This document shows positions 26,218-34,428 of a stretch of 61,505 nucleotides of DNA, in pieces. The first letter of the stretch is position 1. Every line of letters starts with the position of its first letter. A model generated the notes under the pieces. The model saw only the letters and a program-made list of their open reading frames with translations. It had not been told where the DNA came from and did not search any database. The stretch covers positions 1 through 61,505 of the forward strand of contig JAPLYB010000015.1 of assembly GCA_026395795.1 (NCBI GenBank), read 5' to 3'. Source of the DNA: Candidatus Pacearchaeota archaeon (GTDB lineage: Archaea > Nanobdellota > Nanobdellia > Pacearchaeales > UBA284). The translations under genes were made by a program, and so were the position numbers.

Positions 26218-26769
26218 CTAAACCCTGACAACTAAAGAATCTTCTCTTTGTTTTTTTGCTGCTTCAATTCTCTGAAATGCATAATCTGATAAATTTGGAA
26301 GCAATTTTTGTTCTAATGTTCCAACAAGGAAGGGAGTTCCAGGTAAAACAAAGGCCAAACCAGCATGAGGAAGATCTAAACAAGTTATTTTTTCTCTGGG
26401 TTGATTAAAACCGGTTATAAGCCTATCAGAAATGTCTTGGGTCATTGAAAAAAGTCTGGTTGCAGCATCTGCTTTCTCTTGGGTCAGAAGATATGGTTTA
26501 GAAAGACCTGTAAAATTAAAAAAGTGAGTGGCTAATCTTGATCCCGGGCCAATGTCTGAACCATTTCCATCGAATAAACCTGCAGCATAAATCCTAATTC
26601 CAAAATCTACTCCATAAATTCGCTCATATCTCTGAAAAAAATCAGTTATTATTCGTGCAGCAGTCACACTTCTCGCAAAGGCATGCTGGCACACGACGTA
26701 CCAGGTCTCTGTTAGCGGAGCTATTGGAACTGCTGTTTGATGCCTTTGCATTGATAGTGGGGAATACAT
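26218..26769 (-). CDS. hypothetical protein (compositionally atypical)
   Basis: 183-aa ORF, low in Lys, with no recognisable motif. Confidence 0.45.
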   Translation of the reverse strand: MYSPLSMQRHQTAVPIAPLTETWYVVCQHAFARSVTAARIITDFFQRYERIYGVDFGIRIYAAGLFDGNGSDIGPGSRLATHFFNFTGLSKPYLLTQEKADAATRLFSMTQDISDRLITGFNQPREKITCLDLPHAGLAFVLPGTPFLVGTLEQKLLPNLSDYAFQRIEAAKKQREDSLVVRV

Positions 26770-26909
26770 TTTAAGTATTAACTCACCTCAAAATTAACTA
26801 ATTCTTTAATTATAATCGATATTTAAGTGTTATGTTTTGCATGAATTGATTAGAAGATATATATTTTTTCGAACGATAATGCTTATAAACCAGAATTTGA
26901 TTTTGTTTC

Positions 26910-27920
26910 ATGAGCGTTGACGAATTAGTTCTGTTGGTGAGAGAGAAAGGAAAAATGAGACCTTTTGTAGAAGGCGTTCGGGATTATATCTGTAATGAGC
27001 ACGGCAAGTCTGTTGACTGCAAACTTGTCCCTATTGAAGTTAGTGATTACGCGAGTGAGGAATTCAAACCCCATATAACAGAAAGCATCAGAAGAAAAAG
27101 AGTTTTCTATATAACTGATCCTTCTTTAAATCCTTCAGAAAGTATTATTGATGCTACTTTGACTGCCCAGGCTGCAAAACTTGCTTCTGCGGACGAAGTA
27201 AATCTTATTTTAACTTATATGCCTTGGTTGAGACAAGATTTAAAAGACAAATCAAGAGTGCCGATATCTGCCAGAGCAGTTGTAGATATACTCTCGCTTT
27301 ACGCTAATCGATGTGTGTTATGCGATCCTCACTTTAAACAAATTCAGGGATTTTTTGATATTCCTACAGATGTCTTAAGCGCATATCCTGTTGTGATTGA
27401 CTATTTACAAACAAACCACCCAGATATAATCAAAAATTCACAGATACTTACTGCAGACGGCGGAGGGAATAAAAGAATTGGGGATTTTGCCAAACGAGCA
27501 GGCCTCCCATTAGATGTTTTAACTGCAGAAGATATACAAGATAAAAGAGACCCTAACAGACCTAATGAAGTTGTCAGAGAAACAGTGGTGTATGGGGAAG
27601 TTAAAAAACCAATAGGCCTTGTTGTGGAGGATATTATTGATACAGGAACTACATTGATACATCTCGCAAAAGGAGCTAGAAAAAGAACAGCAGATGGTTT
27701 ACGTGAATTAGTAGTTTATGCGACACATTTCGTTAATTCAAACCATGCTTTTGAAAAATTAAAAGAAATATATGATCTGATAGTAACTACTGACACTATC
27801 CCCACGCCTCCAGAGGAAAGGGGGAGATTTGAAGTTGTTTCTTTAAAGAAACTGTTTGGTGAAGCGATTTATAGGGTCCATGCTGGTGAAAGCGTGGATA
27901 GTCTTTTTGACAAGATATAG
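26910..27920 (+). CDS. prs: ribose-phosphate pyrophosphokinase (PRPP synthetase)-like protein
   Basis: ..FKPHITESIRRKRVFYI.., ..LTYMPWLRQDLKDKSRVPISARAV.., DPHFKQIQGFFDIP, and the PRPP-binding loop GLVVEDIIDTGTTL. Confidence 0.8.
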   Translation: MSVDELVLLVREKGKMRPFVEGVRDYICNEHGKSVDCKLVPIEVSDYASEEFKPHITESIRRKRVFYITDPSLNPSESIIDATLTAQAAKLASADEVNLILTYMPWLRQDLKDKSRVPISARAVVDILSLYANRCVLCDPHFKQIQGFFDIPTDVLSAYPVVIDYLQTNHPDIIKNSQILTADGGGNKRIGDFAKRAGLPLDVLTAEDIQDKRDPNRPNEVVRETVVYGEVKKPIGLVVEDIIDTGTTLIHLAKGARKRTADGLRELVVYATHFVNSNHAFEKLKEIYDLIVTTDTIPTPPEERGRFEVVSLKKLFGEAIYRVHAGESVDSLFDKI

Positions 27921-28073
27921 ATAAAATTTTAATGTCTTCTTTCTTGATTGACTATGGAAATCTTAAAGAAGAAGTGTTGTTGTTAAAAAGAATATAAAAT
28001 TCTTGTTCTAAAATCTTAGAGATAGGTTGTGTAATATAATAAATCTTAAATACTATTGGATATAATACCCATT

Positions 28074-28796
28074 ATGGAGCAAGGACCAATTAATATCGAC
28101 GAAATGCAATGGCCACGCACAGTTTATCCAGAATGGTGGAAAAATTTTGATAAAGTAATCAGCTATCTTAAGGAGAACGGGGTTGGTTGCACGCATCTGT
28201 GGGAAATTCTTCCTAGTTTGAGTTCTTCAGGATTTACTCAATTTGCTAATACGTTTATGGACAGCAGGTCCTTTGTTGCAGTGAGCAGTGGACTTGATCC
28301 TAAAGATTATATTGGAGATCCCGTACTCGTAGATATCTTACTTGAAAAGATTAAAGAAAAAAGATTGGAAGCTACAATTATTTATGGAACCCCCGTTATT
28401 GTGCAAAAAGATCTTAAAAATCCATTTCTAGATAAGCTGCTTTATAGTGATTATGATACATTTCCAGATAACTTAAAATTATTACAGACAAGCGAAGGTA
28501 GACCAGAATTTAATTTCTATGCTCTAGGCGGTAAAAGTAGTTTATTGGTCGTAGAATATCCTCGGCCAGCATGGAGTCATGTTAGATATACTTTAAGAAC
28601 AGGAGATATAAAAAAGCCAAATAAATTAAATGATTTGGTTAATGACTTGCTTAAACCTCATTTGGATGAATCTAGAACTGTTAGAATAACAACAAGGATG
28701 CAACTCCTGGATGAAGTGATAAAAAGAGGGAGAACTACACCGGAACAGGAATTAGCACGTAGACACGTGCCTGCACACACAGTTTATGTTAAGTAA
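28074..28796 (+). CDS. hypothetical protein
   Basis: The ORF is open from 28056 (TTG). The first ATG is at 28074. No recognisable motif. Confidence 0.5.
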   Translation: MEQGPINIDEMQWPRTVYPEWWKNFDKVISYLKENGVGCTHLWEILPSLSSSGFTQFANTFMDSRSFVAVSSGLDPKDYIGDPVLVDILLEKIKEKRLEATIIYGTPVIVQKDLKNPFLDKLLYSDYDTFPDNLKLLQTSEGRPEFNFYALGGKSSLLVVEYPRPAWSHVRYTLRTGDIKKPNKLNDLVNDLLKPHLDESRTVRITTRMQLLDEVIKRGRTTPEQELARRHVPAHTVYVK

Positions 28797-28915
28797 AATA
28801 GTTATTAAAGATAATCCCTCTAGTGTTTTATTAAGTTTTTTCTAGCATAATATTGGTTTGATAATTTTTTATTAAAACCAAGAAAGTTTATAAGTTTTTG
28901 AGCAATGATATAAAT

Positions 28916-29617
28916 ATGGAAATCCTTCCAGGAATTGAAATTAAAGAGAAATCACTTTGGGTTAAAAAGAAAAAGATCCTAATTATCGCTGATATTCATC
29001 TTGGATATGAACAAAAGATGATTGATTCTGGGATACTTGTTCCAAAGAGGATGTTCTCTGAAATAAAAAAAGAGATTGAGGAGCTTCTTAAATTAAAGCC
29101 AGAACTTATTGTGATTAATGGGGATGTTAAACATGAGCTTGGAAAAATTTCAGATCAAGAATGGAGAGACGCTCTTGATTTTCTTGATTTGCTGATGAAC
29201 AAAGCTGAAGTTATTTTGATAAGAGGCAATCATGACAACCTTCTTGAACCGATTGCGAGAAAAAGAGGGATTGAAGTAAGAAATTTTTATTGTTTTGATG
29301 ATATCTGTGTACTGCACGGTCATAAAATCTTTCTGGAAACGATGGATAAAAAGATAAAAACATTGATTATAGGACACGATCACCCAGCGATTACTTTAGA
29401 TGACGGTGTAAAAAAAGAAAAATTCAAATGTTTTTTGTTTGGATCTTATAAAGACAAAAAGATTATTGTGATGCCCTCATTTTTTAATCTTGTTGAGGGA
29501 TCAGATATAAAAAAAGAAAGACTTTTCAGCCCGTTTTTGAAAGATCTTAATAATTTTCGGGTCTTTGTTTTGGGAGACAAAGTTTACGATTTTGGAAAGT
29601 TAAAAAATATAAGATGA
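28916..29617 (+). CDS. calcineurin-like metallophosphoesterase
   Basis: IIADIHLGYE, INGDVKHE, IRGNHDN, VLHGH and IIGHDHP are the five metallophosphoesterase blocks. The first ATG is at 28916 (TTG at 28898). Confidence 0.8.
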   Translation: MEILPGIEIKEKSLWVKKKKILIIADIHLGYEQKMIDSGILVPKRMFSEIKKEIEELLKLKPELIVINGDVKHELGKISDQEWRDALDFLDLLMNKAEVILIRGNHDNLLEPIARKRGIEVRNFYCFDDICVLHGHKIFLETMDKKIKTLIIGHDHPAITLDDGVKKEKFKCFLFGSYKDKKIIVMPSFFNLVEGSDIKKERLFSPFLKDLNNFRVFVLGDKVYDFGKLKNIR

Positions 29618-29724
29618 AGATGAAAGAAGTATAATTCTAATCGGTTTTCTATTTATAATTATCAAACGAAACATTTATAAAGTTGGAAAATCTTACTTTC
29701 TTACAAAGGAAGAACAAAAATAAA

Positions 29725-29934
29725 ATGACAGAACTAACAAGAATAAGCTCAAAGGGGCAAATTGTAATCCCCATTAAAATTAGAGACCAACTAAGCATGA
29801 ACGAAGGTTCTATAATTGCAATGGATACAACTAAAGATTTGATTATACTAAAAAAAGTAGATGTAGACTTAGTTAATCAATTCAAAAACAGCTTATCAGA
29901 CTTAAAAACAGGAAAAATAAAAAGAGTCGCTTAA
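29725..29934 (+). CDS. AbrB/SpoVT/MazE-type antitoxin-like protein
   Basis: TRISSKGQIVIPIKIRDQLSMNEGS. The ATG is at 29725 (TTG-extended ORF from 29683). Confidence 0.65.
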   Translation: MTELTRISSKGQIVIPIKIRDQLSMNEGSIIAMDTTKDLIILKKVDVDLVNQFKNSLSDLKTGKIKRVA

Positions 29935-29949
29935 TGAGTAAGAAGGTCT

Positions 29950-30273
29950 TTAAGTTTTTAGTAACGTTTCAAGATATTCTTTGAAGTCAGGAAGATATTT
30001 TATAATCTCATCAATTGTTTCTTGTTGAGCTTTTTTATCACTGCTGGCAACAACCAAAACAGCAGATAGATTATCATATACTAAATAATAAATTCTTTTT
30101 TCTCTTAATCTTTTCTCACGAAAAAATTTATATCTGATTTGATCACCAACATAAGGATTTTCTTTAAGCTGTAAGAATATATTTTTTATTATTGTTTTGT
30201 CTGCTTCTGAGAATTTTTCAACCTCTTTTTCAAAACTTTCAGTAGTATAAACTGCGTATGCCATAATGCCCAT
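29950..30273 (-). CDS. RelE/ParE-superfamily toxin-like protein (paralog of 11962..12303)
   Basis: ..LKENPYVGDQIRYKFFREKRLREKRIYYLVYDN..VLVVASSDKKAQQETIDEI. Confidence 0.5.
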   Translation of the reverse strand: MGIMAYAVYTTESFEKEVEKFSEADKTIIKNIFLQLKENPYVGDQIRYKFFREKRLREKRIYYLVYDNLSAVLVVASSDKKAQQETIDEIIKYLPDFKEYLETLLKT

Positions 30274-30338
30274 ATTTCTTTGTTGTTTTTAATCTTTTCT
30301 TAGAATTTTCTGTCTCTTAAGGTTCAAAGAAGGGGTTA

Positions 30339-30433
30339 CGCCCAGACCAGGAATCGAACCTGGAGATCCTTGCGGAAACGAGTTATCTTGTTTTGAATTC
30401 GAGACTCGCGCCTTACCGTTGGGCCATCTGGGC
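30339..30433 (-). tRNA. tRNA-Ser (anticodon CGA) with a 13-nt intron (30385..30397) at the canonical 37/38 position
   Basis: The reverse complement folds as acceptor GCCCAGA/TCTGGGC, anticodon stem CGAGT/ACTCG, loop CT-CGA-A[ttcaaaacaagat]A, a long variable arm TTTCCGCAAGGATCT, T-arm CCAGG-TTCGATT-CCTGG, and discriminator G. Confidence 0.85.
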
Positions 30434-30503
30434 ATAATTATTAAGACAGAGCAAATTTAAAAGTCTTTACACACGCGCCTGCGGGCGCGCGTGGCGCATA
30501 GGC

Positions 30504-31508
30504 ATGTTGGCTAATAAGATTTTTATAGTCTTAATTATCTCAATTTATATGGAAAAGAGGAAGAATGTCCTTGATATACTAAAAGGAGGAGCTAGTAAGG
30601 TAAAAAATGGTTTTAATATATCAGAAGATAGTCTTAACAGATTAAGAAGGGGCGCTAGTACGTTCAAAAAAAGAAAGTTCTTAGTTATATTTGCTGCGGT
30701 TATTGTTGCAGTACTCTTCACAGGAGCAAGTGCGCTAATTTATGATTACAATAAAAGTTTAAATAATAAAAACCAACAGAGTAATGCGCCCGATGCATCT
30801 AATTACGTTCCTCCAGTATATAATCTTCCTCCCCCAGAACCCATTGATTACTCAAAAAAGATAGAAATTGTGAATTCTTCGTTTGTTCCCAACAGCCTTA
30901 CAATAATACAGGGAGAAACTGTCAAGTGGACTAATTATGAATTTTTTACTTGTACACTTATTTTCAATTCTTCAAATATAACTAACTCTACACCTATGAG
31001 TTTTAAAAGCAATTATTCTTATGCATTCTCAACTGCGGAAAATTATACTTATTATTGCGCGGAAAACTCGCGTGTAAAGGGCTTTTTAATTGTTAATGCG
31101 ATACCTTTGCCTCCGCCTGCTCCACCATTGCCTCCTCCTGTACCTGTTCAAGTTCCAACCATAATCGAAATAAATGCACAAAGGTTGCAAACTTTATTCC
31201 AAAAATCAAGTTATTTTACCAAACTTCCAGGTAGTGCAGCCATTCTTTTAACATTCTTTGACGGAAATGGGCAGATGAGATCTGAAAAGCTATTCATTTC
31301 TGGTGGAGGAGTGATAAGTAATTATGCTGGCGGAAGTTATGACTTGGAATTTACAATGGGGGACTATAGAATTCCTGAATTAGAAGGTTCGAGTGACTTT
31401 TGTGCTGCATTGGCCAAAATAAAAAGTCAACAAGATCTTCGTGTTAGTTTAAAGAACATTCTTTCTGTTACAAAGTATGCGTATTTGAAAAGTTGTGTGC
31501 CCTTCTAA
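30504..31508 (+). CDS. membrane-anchored protein with a cupredoxin-like beta domain and a Pro-rich linker
   Basis: TM helix FLVIFAAVIVAVLFTGASALI, then IEIVNSSFVPNSLTIIQGETVKWTN...YYCAENSRVKGFLIV, then the PLPPPAPPLPPPVPV linker. Confidence 0.5.
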   Translation: MLANKIFIVLIISIYMEKRKNVLDILKGGASKVKNGFNISEDSLNRLRRGASTFKKRKFLVIFAAVIVAVLFTGASALIYDYNKSLNNKNQQSNAPDASNYVPPVYNLPPPEPIDYSKKIEIVNSSFVPNSLTIIQGETVKWTNYEFFTCTLIFNSSNITNSTPMSFKSNYSYAFSTAENYTYYCAENSRVKGFLIVNAIPLPPPAPPLPPPVPVQVPTIIEINAQRLQTLFQKSSYFTKLPGSAAILLTFFDGNGQMRSEKLFISGGGVISNYAGGSYDLEFTMGDYRIPELEGSSDFCAALAKIKSQQDLRVSLKNILSVTKYAYLKSCVPF

Positions 31509-31952
31509 TTATCCGGCATAGCCGGTTTTGCTTTTCTCATTCTTTTTTTCTTCCTGAATTTGAAATTTCGGCAAAGGAAAATGTGCTGGGAGGCCCATAT
31601 ATTCTTCTAAGCCAAGTGCCTTGATATTACATCTGCTTAGAACTGCGTTGATTATCTCCATCCTTATCTCTTTCGTAATCTCTTTCTTTTTCCAAGATTC
31701 AAGAATCTCTTTTGCTTGTTTTGGATCTGCTAAATAAAGGAGGCTTCCTTCCATTTTTATCTTTGCTATGTTCTTTTCATAATCAACATTAAAAGAGAAA
31801 CTGAATTTTAATGCTGTTTTCTCTTTGATCTCTATCTTTTGTTCAGAAATATTACTTATGTCTGTTTTTGTACTGACTCTCTCTATTTTTTTAGGTTCGT
31901 CTGTTGAGTCTTTCTCAACTAAAATTTTTATTAGATTAAATCCGATTATCAT
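31509..31952 (-). CDS. hypothetical protein
   Basis: 147-aa ORF with normal composition and no motif recognised. Confidence 0.5.
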   Translation of the reverse strand: MIIGFNLIKILVEKDSTDEPKKIERVSTKTDISNISEQKIEIKEKTALKFSFSFNVDYEKNIAKIKMEGSLLYLADPKQAKEILESWKKKEITKEIRMEIINAVLSRCNIKALGLEEYMGLPAHFPLPKFQIQEEKKNEKSKTGYAG

Positions 31953-32124
31953 TTTTAGGAATATATTTCTTATACTTTATAATTTATAAATTGATTGATT
32001 GGAAGTTTGTTCATAATCTGCAAGAGATAAAAACTTTGATTAACATGGTTTATAAAAAGTCTAAACAAGTATATTTACTTTAGACTTACCCTATTAAAAG
32101 GGTTTAGAAATGTTAAGCAAAAGT

Positions 32125-32382
32125 TTAACGCATGTCTTCTTCGCTTACTACAACAAAGTCGCCGATTGCGAGAATTGCTGAATAAGGAACAAGCAAGCTT
32201 CCTTCTCTTGACTCTACATTTAATGAAGAGCCATAGGGTGTAGCAGAGCTAACTAGTAAATGTATTAATTCACCAGTTCTCGCTTCGAAGGAAACATCAG
32301 TTACTGCTCCTATCCTCTTACCTTCTTTCGTTACAACAAGCTTTCCAACGATTTCTTTTGATGGTCTTTTTTCTAATGTCAT
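32125..32382 (-). CDS. PRC-barrel domain protein
   Basis: IVGKLVVTKEGKRIGAVTDVSFEARTGELIHLLV...LVPYSAILAIGDFVVV. Confidence 0.75.
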   Translation of the reverse strand: MTLEKRPSKEIVGKLVVTKEGKRIGAVTDVSFEARTGELIHLLVSSATPYGSSLNVESREGSLLVPYSAILAIGDFVVVSEEDMR

Positions 32383-32769
32383 TTTACATCGCGTTTAATT
32401 TTAAATATACTATTAGTTTATAAACCTTTCTTTATAAATTTTTCTGCATTTACATTCGAACATCCTCCGAAGGAAAAAGGAGGCATTTTATGGTATTTGT
32501 GCGGTTGCTCTCTGATAGACACCGACGTAATCGAGGCCCTGAATGATTTGCTTCGCATCTTCTAAATCTTCTAGCAGACTTGGGAGCTTCAGAAAAAACA
32601 TGTTGAAGATCTGCTGTAAGAAGAAAAATAAAAGGGACCTCATAATCATCTGTATGCCTTCCTTTAATACATATTAAATTGGGGGTGCTTTCTGTTCTTG
32701 CTGCCCTCATGGGAAATAATAAACAAAGTTTACTTGTTCGGTTTTGATCCGGTTTAAGCTGGATCTTCA

Positions 32770-33001
32770 CCCCCCCCTGTCGTTTCTCATGGAGAAAGTG
32801 TTAAAGTTTATAAAGGATTTGGGGTTATTTTATTTTAGTTTATATTTATAAATATTTATATATTATATTATATATATTATAATTATATTATTATATTGAT
32901 TGTTTTGTAATATACTATATCCCTTTATAATATTGGGGGTTTTCTTATTTTTTGCGACGAGGGTTCCGTGTTCATTTGTTGTTCCATGAGAAATGGGGGT
33001 G
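32770..33001. other. chromosomal replication origin (oriC): two inverted ORB-like boxes flanking an AT-rich unwinding element
   Basis: tccatgagaaa is at 32983-32993, followed by tGGGGG. Its exact reverse complement tttctcatgga is at 32783-32793, preceded by a C8 run at 32770-32777. Between them, about 32826-32935 is almost pure A/T. The element lies directly upstream of orc1/cdc6. Confidence 0.8.
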
Positions 33002-33057
33002 TACCTCTCCTTTCCAGTACAACAAATTTTATAAACTACATTACTTGCTATAATTCT

Positions 33058-34362
33058 ATGACAAAAGAAAAAGAGTTGATAGTGGATGGACAAAATAGGG
33101 GGAAAGAATATTCTGCAGGGGAATCTAGGGATTCTGGTGAACAGGCAAAAAATAACATAGATTCTATTTTTAACGCATTTATTAAACACACAATTTTCAA
33201 GAATAAGTTTGTTCTTCAATCGAATTACGCTCCCGAAAACATCCCCCATAGGGAAAAACAAATAAATCAGATTGCCCCCATTGTTGCTCCAAGCCTTAGA
33301 CTTGAAAGACCATCCAATCTTTTCATTTATGGATTGACTGGAACTGGAAAAACGTTGGTGGTGCAATATATAAGAAATCAACTTTTTAAAAAAGCAAAGG
33401 ATCAACAAGTTTGTGTCGTAATGCCTTTTATTAATTGCAAATTAAGGAAGGTTGCAGATACAGAATATCGAATTCTTGCTGAATTAATCAAAAAACTTGG
33501 AGGAAAGGTGGCAGCTACTGGCTTGCCAACGGACCAGTTATACAAAAGATTTGTAGATATTGTTGATGAGAAGAAACAGATTATTATTGTCGTGTTTGAT
33601 GAAATTGACCAGGCTGTAAAAAGGATTGGAGATGAATTTCTTTATAATTTTACTAGACTAAATACAGAGCTCACACAGGCTCAAATTTCCATGATTGGAA
33701 TATCAAACGATCTTAAGTTTCTCGATTCTCTTGATCCAAGAGTGAGAAGTTCTCTTGGTGAGGAAGAAATCCTTTTTGCACCCTATAACGCTCTTCAACT
33801 TCAAGATATCTTGAGACATAGGTCTAATGAAGCATTTAAGAGTGGGATTTTAGATAACGGAGTTATTGAAAAGTGCGCTGCTTATGCTGCTAGAGAACAT
33901 GGAGATGCTAGAAGGGCTCTTGATTTGTTGAGGATTTCCGGAGAATTAGTTGAGAGAGATGGAAAAAAGAAGATCACTTTAGATTATATAGACAAAGCAA
34001 AAGAAAAAATGGAAGCTGATAAAATATTAATTGCTGTTGAAAATCAGCCTAAACAATTTCAACTTGTACTAATCTCTGTTTTGCAACTTTATAGACAGGC
34101 ACTAAAGGAAAATGAAAGTATGATATTTACGGGAGACATTTATAATCTTTATAGAGACTTTTGTGTAAGAACACAAACAGAATGCTTAACTCAAAGAAGA
34201 GTTAGCGATATTATTGCTGAGTTTGATATGCTCGGCTTGATAAATGCAAAGGTCATAAGCAAGGGAAGGCATGGGAGGACAAGAGAAATAAGGGTGGATT
34301 TGTCAGAAAATCTGAGAGAAAAGATAAATATGATTTTGATGAATTCGCTTAATCTAACTTAG
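33058..34362 (+). CDS. cdc6: Orc1/Cdc6 replication initiator
   Basis: Walker A IYGLTGTGKT, Walker B IIVVFDEIDQ, sensor GISND, the ARREHGDARRALDLLR motif and a C-terminal winged helix. I chose the ATG at 33058 because the longer ORF from 32968 runs through the right ORB box. Confidence 0.9.
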   Translation: MTKEKELIVDGQNRGKEYSAGESRDSGEQAKNNIDSIFNAFIKHTIFKNKFVLQSNYAPENIPHREKQINQIAPIVAPSLRLERPSNLFIYGLTGTGKTLVVQYIRNQLFKKAKDQQVCVVMPFINCKLRKVADTEYRILAELIKKLGGKVAATGLPTDQLYKRFVDIVDEKKQIIIVVFDEIDQAVKRIGDEFLYNFTRLNTELTQAQISMIGISNDLKFLDSLDPRVRSSLGEEEILFAPYNALQLQDILRHRSNEAFKSGILDNGVIEKCAAYAAREHGDARRALDLLRISGELVERDGKKKITLDYIDKAKEKMEADKILIAVENQPKQFQLVLISVLQLYRQALKENESMIFTGDIYNLYRDFCVRTQTECLTQRRVSDIIAEFDMLGLINAKVISKGRHGRTREIRVDLSENLREKINMILMNSLNLT

Positions 34363-34428
34363 TCTATAAAGAATTTAATCAACTCTTAAAGAGTTAAATT
34401 TGTGCCAGTTTAAGGCACCAAACAGAAA

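Noticed and set aside
32450-32765. Assignment of this segment as RNase P RNA or SRP RNA
   Set aside because: Short strings resemble RNase P conserved regions. However, I could not pair a P4 helix (no complement to gaagauccagc downstream), find GGAAAGUCC, or find an SRP helix-8 GGAA/AGCA motif. That is not enough to name it.
32450-32770. 106-aa minus-strand ORF from the track
   Set aside because: The translation is Arg/Cys/Ser-rich and unlike the Lys/Glu/Ile-rich proteome. It runs into the left ORB box. The region is treated as non-coding or unresolved (see findings).
32968-33057. Long 5' extension of the cdc6 ORF (start at 32968)
   Set aside because: The extension (MFICCSMRNGGVPLLSS..) is not protein-like and overlaps the right ORB box. 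The ATG at 33058 gives a normal Orc1/Cdc6 N-terminus.
32863-33408. 181-aa minus-strand ORF across the AT-rich origin and the cdc6 5' end
   Set aside because: It is antisense to a well-supported gene and spans the unwinding element. The translation is low-complexity.
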